A DNA stretch of 58,520 nt. It comes from a virus. Taxonomy: Duplodnaviria; Caudoviricetes. The notes beneath the pieces are model-generated. The model was not told the DNA's origin. It was given only the letters and a program-made list of their open reading frames with translations, and made no database searches. Shown here piece by piece: positions 53,939-58,520 of the stretch. The stretch spans positions 1-58,520 of the IMG/VR virus record IMGVR_UViG_3300036987_000072. One strand, given 5' to 3'. A program made the position numbers and the translations under genes. Positions within the stretch are counted from its first letter, which is position 1. Each line of letters begins with the position of its first letter.

Positions 53939-54340
53939 ATGTCAGGACCTCTTGGCCCGACGCCGATGGCGCTGGGCACTTACGCGTTCTCGGCGCTCGG
54001 CTTTGGCTTCACCGGCCACGGCCGCGGCCTCGAGACGCCATGGGCCGAGATCGACGTCGCCGCGCGATTCGACTCGCTGCAGTGGACCGGACCGAAGTCG
54101 GAGACGTTCGAAATCAAGGGCGTGATCTTCGAGGCTGAATTCGGCGGCCAGGACTCGCTCGACGGCCTGCGCGACGCCGCTGCGGCGGGCAAGCCGCAGA
54201 TGCTGGTCACGCGCGCCGGCAAGGTGCGCGGCTATCACGTGATCGTCTCGATCAGCGAAGATCGCGACTTCATCGACGCGTCAGGGATGGCGCGCCGCAA
54301 TGCCTATTCGATCGAGCTGAAACGCTACCACACGCGTTGA
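53939..54340 (+). CDS. Tail protein gpU-like
   Basis: MALGTYAF..LQWTGP..IKGVIF..YSIELKRY. Confidence 0.85.
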   Translation: MSGPLGPTPMALGTYAFSALGFGFTGHGRGLETPWAEIDVAARFDSLQWTGPKSETFEIKGVIFEAEFGGQDSLDGLRDAAAAGKPQMLVTRAGKVRGYHVIVSISEDRDFIDASGMARRNAYSIELKRYHTR

Positions 54341-54348
54341 GGGGGAAC

Positions 54349-54573
54349 ATGGCGCGCACGTACGTGACGATCGACGGCGATATGATCGACCTGATCTGCT
54401 ATCGCGCTTATGAGGGCCGCCAGTCGGGCATGGTCGAGGCCGTGCTCGAGGCAAACCGCACAACGATCGAGCTGGCCGACCGCACCGAGATCCTGCCGCG
54501 CGGTCTGACCATCACGCTGCCCGACATACCGCGCACCGTGAAGACCTTCCCGATCATGCCTCTGTGGGACTAG
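54349..54573 (+). CDS. Tail protein X (LysM-like)
   Basis: DGDMIDLICYRAY..VEAVLEAN..LPRG..ITLP..LWD. Confidence 0.88.
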   Translation: MARTYVTIDGDMIDLICYRAYEGRQSGMVEAVLEANRTTIELADRTEILPRGLTITLPDIPRTVKTFPIMPLWD

Positions 54574-54577
54574 GCCA

Positions 54578-55567
54578 GTGCATCCGATCGTCGTGCTCAC
54601 CATTGACGGCAAGCCGGTTTCGCTCGGCTTCATGTCGCGCCTGATTTCCGTGACGGTCACCGACAAGGAAGGCACGACGTCGGACACGATCGACATCGAG
54701 CTGGACGCCGGACCGCCGGCCATGTCGGTGCCGCGCCAGAAAGCGATCATCACCTGCTCGATGGGCTACCAGGAAACCGGCGTCGCCTACATGGGGACGT
54801 TCACCGCCGACGAGATCGAGCTGGGGTGCCTGCCTTACAAGGTGAAGATCCAGGGCAAGTCGGCCGACATGCGCGAAAAGCTCAAGGAACACCGCGAGCG
54901 GCATTTCGATAACAAGTCGGTCGGTGACATCGTCTCGCAGGTCGCCGGCGAGCACGGCCTGCAGGCGCAGGTGTCCGGCAACGTCGGCAGTCACAAATAT
55001 CCATGGTTCGGACAGCAGAGCGAAAGCGCGCTGCACATGGTCAAGCGTCTCGCCGATCGACATGGCGCGCTGTTCGCCATCAAGGACAACAAGCTCATTT
55101 TTGCGGAGAAGGGCGCCGGCCTCACGGCGAGCGGCGTTGCGGTCGGCGGCGTCGTCGTCACGCCGCAGATGATCGTCGAAGGTACGTGCACGGTTAAATT
55201 CGTCGAGCGGCCGGCGCACAACAAGGTGCGCGGCGCCTGGCACGACAAGGACAAGGCCGAGCGCACGTTTGAAGAAGCGCCGGCCGACCCGGAAGGCAAA
55301 GCGTCTTACACGCTGCGCCATCAGTATTCCGACAAGGGCGAAGCGCAGAACGCCGCCAAGTCGAAGGGCAAGGATCTGCAGCAAGCCGCTGACACCACAT
55401 CGGTCACGATCGAGGGCAACGTGGCGGCGCGCGGCGGCGGCAACATGGTCTACGCAGGCGTGCATCCGCAGGTCGACGGACTGCCGTGGATCATAGAAAC
55501 CGCAGTGCACCGTTTCTCGAAGTCGCCGGGCTATCAAACGCAGATCGACGGCAAGGCCAAGGTCTAA
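54578..55567 (+). CDS. Baseplate hub/late control gpD-like
   Basis: RLISVTVTDKEGTTSD..MGY..MGTF..QQSES. Confidence 0.88.
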   Translation: MHPIVVLTIDGKPVSLGFMSRLISVTVTDKEGTTSDTIDIELDAGPPAMSVPRQKAIITCSMGYQETGVAYMGTFTADEIELGCLPYKVKIQGKSADMREKLKEHRERHFDNKSVGDIVSQVAGEHGLQAQVSGNVGSHKYPWFGQQSESALHMVKRLADRHGALFAIKDNKLIFAEKGAGLTASGVAVGGVVVTPQMIVEGTCTVKFVERPAHNKVRGAWHDKDKAERTFEEAPADPEGKASYTLRHQYSDKGEAQNAAKSKGKDLQQAADTTSVTIEGNVAARGGGNMVYAGVHPQVDGLPWIIETAVHRFSKSPGYQTQIDGKAKV

Positions 55568-55586
55568 CGCTCTTAGGGGGCAATCC

Positions 55587-56768
55587 ATGCAATTCGAAGT
55601 TTCGAACGACCGCCTGGTATCAGGCGGCCGGCCGGTCCCGTTTGTGCCGTCGCCGAACGTCGGCGGCCGCATCGAGCCGGCTCTGATCGTCGTGCACTTC
55701 ACCGCCGATCGCCTCGACCCGAACGACTCTGTCAATTGGTTTGCGCGGGCAAAGTCCAGGGTATCGGCGCACCTGGTTCTCGGCCGCGACGGGTCGGTGA
55801 CGCAAATGGTCGATTTCGACCGCCTGGCGATGCACGCGGGCAAGAGCCATTGGAATGGACGCGATGGCTGCAACGGCTTCGCCATCGGCATCGAGGTCGA
55901 CAACCCGGGCGCGCTTGCCATCCGCGGCAAGGACGGCGTCGCCTGGTTCGGCACTCTGTTCGATCGCGAGGTGCACGGCCTGGTCGAGCACACGAGCGCC
56001 AAGTACGGGCACGCGCTCTGGATGCCCTACACGCAGGTGCAGTTGCAGGCATTGCGCGACATCATCGCGGCGCTGGTGCGCGCTTATCCGACCATCGTCG
56101 ACGTCCGCGGCCACGACGAGATTTGCGTCCCGGCGAACCGCAAGAACGATCCCGGCCCGCTGATGGACATGGACGCGCTGCGCGCACTGGTGCCCAAGCG
56201 CGGCGGCCCCGAGCCCGTCGACGTCGAGGGAGCACAGGAACGTCTCGCCTCGCTCGGCTACTGGCCGGGCGACGTCGACGGCCAGATGGGGCCGCGGACC
56301 AAATCGGCAATCCGCGACTTCCAAGATCAAAACCGCATTCCCATCACCGGCGAACTCGACGGCCGCACCCTTGCGGCGCTCGAGAGCGATGCCGCCAAGC
56401 GCATGCCGACGGGCACCCGTGAGGCCGCGCCGCTCGCCCTCAGTGGCAACGAGGCGCTGGCAAAGCGAAGCTCGGAGGTGACATTCGCCGGCACTGTGCT
56501 CGAGGCAAGCGCCAATCCGGCGCCGGCGATGCCCGCCGACCCGATCGCCGCGCTCGACGGTGCTGACAAGGTCATTGCGCACGCCGAGAAGGGGCGCGCG
56601 GTCGTCGAGCGATCCACCGGCTTGCTCGACTGGCTCATCGCCTACCTGCAGACGCCGCAAGGCGTGCGCGTCGGCCTTACGCTGCTCGCTTGCGTCATCG
56701 TTTGGGGATTGGCGCACCACCGCCAGGTCCGCGAGCGCTGGGCGCGTCTCACTGGCCAGAAGATATAA
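55587..56768 (+). CDS. Endolysin: N-acetylmuramoyl-L-alanine amidase + PG-binding domain + C-terminal TM
   Basis: IVVHFT, VSAH, AMHAG, IGIE, GHDEI, RKNDPG; QERLASLGY..DGQMGPRT..FQ..TGELD. Confidence 0.9.
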   Translation: MQFEVSNDRLVSGGRPVPFVPSPNVGGRIEPALIVVHFTADRLDPNDSVNWFARAKSRVSAHLVLGRDGSVTQMVDFDRLAMHAGKSHWNGRDGCNGFAIGIEVDNPGALAIRGKDGVAWFGTLFDREVHGLVEHTSAKYGHALWMPYTQVQLQALRDIIAALVRAYPTIVDVRGHDEICVPANRKNDPGPLMDMDALRALVPKRGGPEPVDVEGAQERLASLGYWPGDVDGQMGPRTKSAIRDFQDQNRIPITGELDGRTLAALESDAAKRMPTGTREAAPLALSGNEALAKRSSEVTFAGTVLEASANPAPAMPADPIAALDGADKVIAHAEKGRAVVERSTGLLDWLIAYLQTPQGVRVGLTLLACVIVWGLAHHRQVRERWARLTGQKI

Positions 56769-56780
56769 CGGGGGCTGACG

Positions 56781-57224
56781 ATGTTCATCGCTGCATTTTT
56801 CAAATGGCTGTGGGTGCTCGTGCTGCCGTGGGTGGGTCCATACCTGCCGGCGGTCCTGCGCAACATCCCCGGCGTCGACACGATCCAGCGCTGGGCGCGC
56901 CGCATGGCGATCGCAGCCTTCGTCGTCGTGCTGCTCGGCGGCGGTTATCTGCTGCTCAAGTCGCTGCGCAATCCTGTCGCCGACTACGTTTCGGCGGCCG
57001 AGGTCAGTGCCCGGCAGATGGCCGAGCGCAACACGCAGATCGAAAAGTCGGTCGCCAAGCTTCACGAGACCCTTAGCACGCGCGAGCTGGAAAACGCCGC
57101 GCTCGCGCTCGAGATCGAACAGCTTCGCAAAGCCATGGAGGATGCCCGTGCGAAATCTCCTGATCCTGACGTTGTTGTGTTTCCTGCCAACGATCCTTGG
57201 CTGCTCCAAAAGCGGCGGCGTTGA
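56781..57224 (+). CDS. Inner-membrane spanin (Rz-like)
   Basis: TM helix then coiled coil; follows the endolysin. Confidence 0.65.
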   Translation: MFIAAFFKWLWVLVLPWVGPYLPAVLRNIPGVDTIQRWARRMAIAAFVVVLLGGGYLLLKSLRNPVADYVSAAEVSARQMAERNTQIEKSVAKLHETLSTRELENAALALEIEQLRKAMEDARAKSPDPDVVVFPANDPWLLQKRRR

Positions 57225-57489
57225 ACTGACGCCGGCGGTGACCATGGACCTGGCGCCAGTGCGCTGCCCGCCGGCCGACCAGCGCATCGTTAGCGAGTTT
57301 CAGCGCACGACGACGGCGCCTGCCGGCGACGTGACCAAGCGCGGCTCGCAGGAATGGCTCGACAAGATGGAGGAGGCCGAGCGGCGTAAGAACCGCGCCG
57401 GCAAGCAGCTCCTTAATGAATACGAGCAATGCCGCACCGGCGCGGGGAGCGCCGGCAGCGTCACCACCAGGTCGCTGACGACGTCCTAA
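57142..57489 (+). CDS. Outer-membrane lipoprotein spanin (Rz1-like), overlapping
   Basis: Signal peptide with lipobox ILG-C; overlaps the 3' end of the Rz-like gene in another frame. Confidence 0.7.
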   Translation: MPVRNLLILTLLCFLPTILGCSKSGGVELTPAVTMDLAPVRCPPADQRIVSEFQRTTTAPAGDVTKRGSQEWLDKMEEAERRKNRAGKQLLNEYEQCRTGAGSAGSVTTRSLTTS

Positions 57490-57546
57490 CGGCGTCGACG
57501 GTCTGCCAGGCGATGGGAAGCTTGAACCGAGGGGATGCCATGAGCC

Positions 57547-57894
57547 ATGCAACAGCAGAGCCGTGGGACTATCGACGTTCCGGAGTGGATGATCAGCTTC
57601 ATCCGCTCGATCGAGAACCGCCTGGGGCGGCTCGATCAGGGGCAGGAGGACCTGACCGATATGGCGATCCGACGCTTGGAGAAGATCGACACGCACATCG
57701 GCGCCTTGCAGGCCGAGGTCGCGACTATGAAGGCGCAACATCAACCGAAGCTGGCGGACCGCCTGCCTCTGTCAGTGCGCGAGATCCTCGCGTGGGCGGT
57801 CGTGGGCATCATGAGCTTCGCGGGCACGCTGTCAGCGGACACGCTGGCGGACAAGCTCGCGGGCACGCTCATCGGCCGGCTGTTTCACCAGTGA
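57547..57894 (+). CDS. Coiled-coil + TM protein, holin/antiholin candidate
   Basis: Coiled coil then ILAWAVVGIMSFAG; in the lysis cassette. Confidence 0.55.
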   Translation: MQQQSRGTIDVPEWMISFIRSIENRLGRLDQGQEDLTDMAIRRLEKIDTHIGALQAEVATMKAQHQPKLADRLPLSVREILAWAVVGIMSFAGTLSADTLADKLAGTLIGRLFHQ

Positions 57895-58031
57895 GCCGGC
57901 GCGAGCTGCAGGCCTGGGGCATCCGCATCAGCCTAATCGTGGTCATCGCGTTCTGCTTTTTCACGACGACCGGCAAAGTCATCGACCGGCTGTCGAGCCT
58001 GCCGTCGTCGACGGCGACCGCCAGCCCTTAA
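57891..58031 (+). CDS. Small single-TM protein
   Basis: GTGA coupling; ISLIVVIAFCFF. Confidence 0.45.
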   Translation: MSRRELQAWGIRISLIVVIAFCFFTTTGKVIDRLSSLPSSTATASP

Positions 58032-58085
58032 CGAGATCCTCGAGCGCGCGCGCAAGCCGCCCCCGTCTTCGTCGCCTCGAGTGTA

Positions 58086-58125
58086 GCCCCCGCCGTCGAT
58101 CCCCCGACGGCGGGGGCGCCTTTTT
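58086..58125 (+). terminator. Intrinsic terminator ending the late operon
   Basis: 13-bp perfect stem GCCCCCGCCGTCG/CGACGGCGGGGGC then GCCTTTTT. Confidence 0.7.
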
Positions 58126-58393
58126 GCGTTTGTGCGGTCGACTACCCGAACGGTGCGCCGTGGCGCAGCGCGTGGCGCCTGGCGGCCGCGCGTGGTCGGC
58201 GCGCACATCTGAGCACGCGGCGATCGCCGCCCGCCAGCGGTCAAATTTGGGGCTAGTCGCTTTGCCGGCAACGCAGCACCAACTGCGAGCGCCACGCCGG
58301 CGAGCGGTGGGAAAGTCTCGCCGTAACCTATTGGAAAACCACGAGGCGCTTGTCTTTCCCACTTGGTGCTAAGTGGCCGACATCGCTCAATTT

Positions 58394-58411
58394 TGGCGAT
58401 CCCGGCAGGAT
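58394..58411. repeat. att core, right copy
   Basis: Identical to 1950-1967. Confidence 0.92.
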
Positions 58412-58470
58412 TCGAACCTGCGACCCTCTGCTTAGAAGGCAGATGCTCTATCCGACTGAGCTACGGGACC
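58394..58470 (-). tRNA. Host tRNA-Arg(TCT), integration target
   Basis: Reverse complement GGTCCCGTAGCTCAGTCGGATAGAGCATCTGCCTTCTAAGCAGAGGGTCGCAGGTTCGAATCCTGCCGGGATCGCCA, 77 nt. Confidence 0.96.
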
Positions 58471-58520
58471 GTGCGCTCTCTCTATATGATTAGGCGAGGT
58501 GAGGCGAGGGGCGCTTATCG

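Larger units (their letters stand above)
1950..58411. mobile_element. Integrated temperate prophage with lambda-like head and P2-like contractile tail, inserted in tRNA-Arg
   Basis: 18-bp direct repeat at both ends, integrase beside the left repeat, complete head/tail/lysis modules, intact tRNA at the right end. Confidence 0.95.

Overview
The window holds an apparently complete ~56.5 kb temperate prophage (about 1950-58411) in a GC-rich genome; the host is inferred to be an Alphaproteobacterium from a GapR-like gene, a GTTC-N7-GTTC LexA box and the gene content. It is integrated at the 3' end of a host tRNA-Arg(TCT) and bounded by an 18-bp direct repeat. Host surface-polysaccharide genes (GT25, KpsS-like) lie to the left. 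Module order: integrase/excisionase, early-left genes including a ProQ/FinO protein, cI/cro switch with palindromic operators, a phage initiator-type tRNA-Met, replication initiator with iterons, methyltransferase, nuclease plus SNF2 helicase, an accessory region, a lambda-like cos site and head, a P2-like contractile tail, and lysis genes. The strongest unexpected signal is a pair of type II hammerhead ribozymes (22410-22474 and 23034-23097, minus strand). They exactly flank one ORF in a counter-oriented operon that has its own divergent promoter/operator and an RHH regulator. Other notable items: two large proteins inserted between portal and protease that share a paralogous C-terminal module, a repressor that appears to lack the autocleavage residues together with a LexA-boxed small gene, a variant tRNA-fMet, and one domain inserted in both head decoration and sheath proteins. 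All protein calls come from motif recognition by eye; no searches were run.
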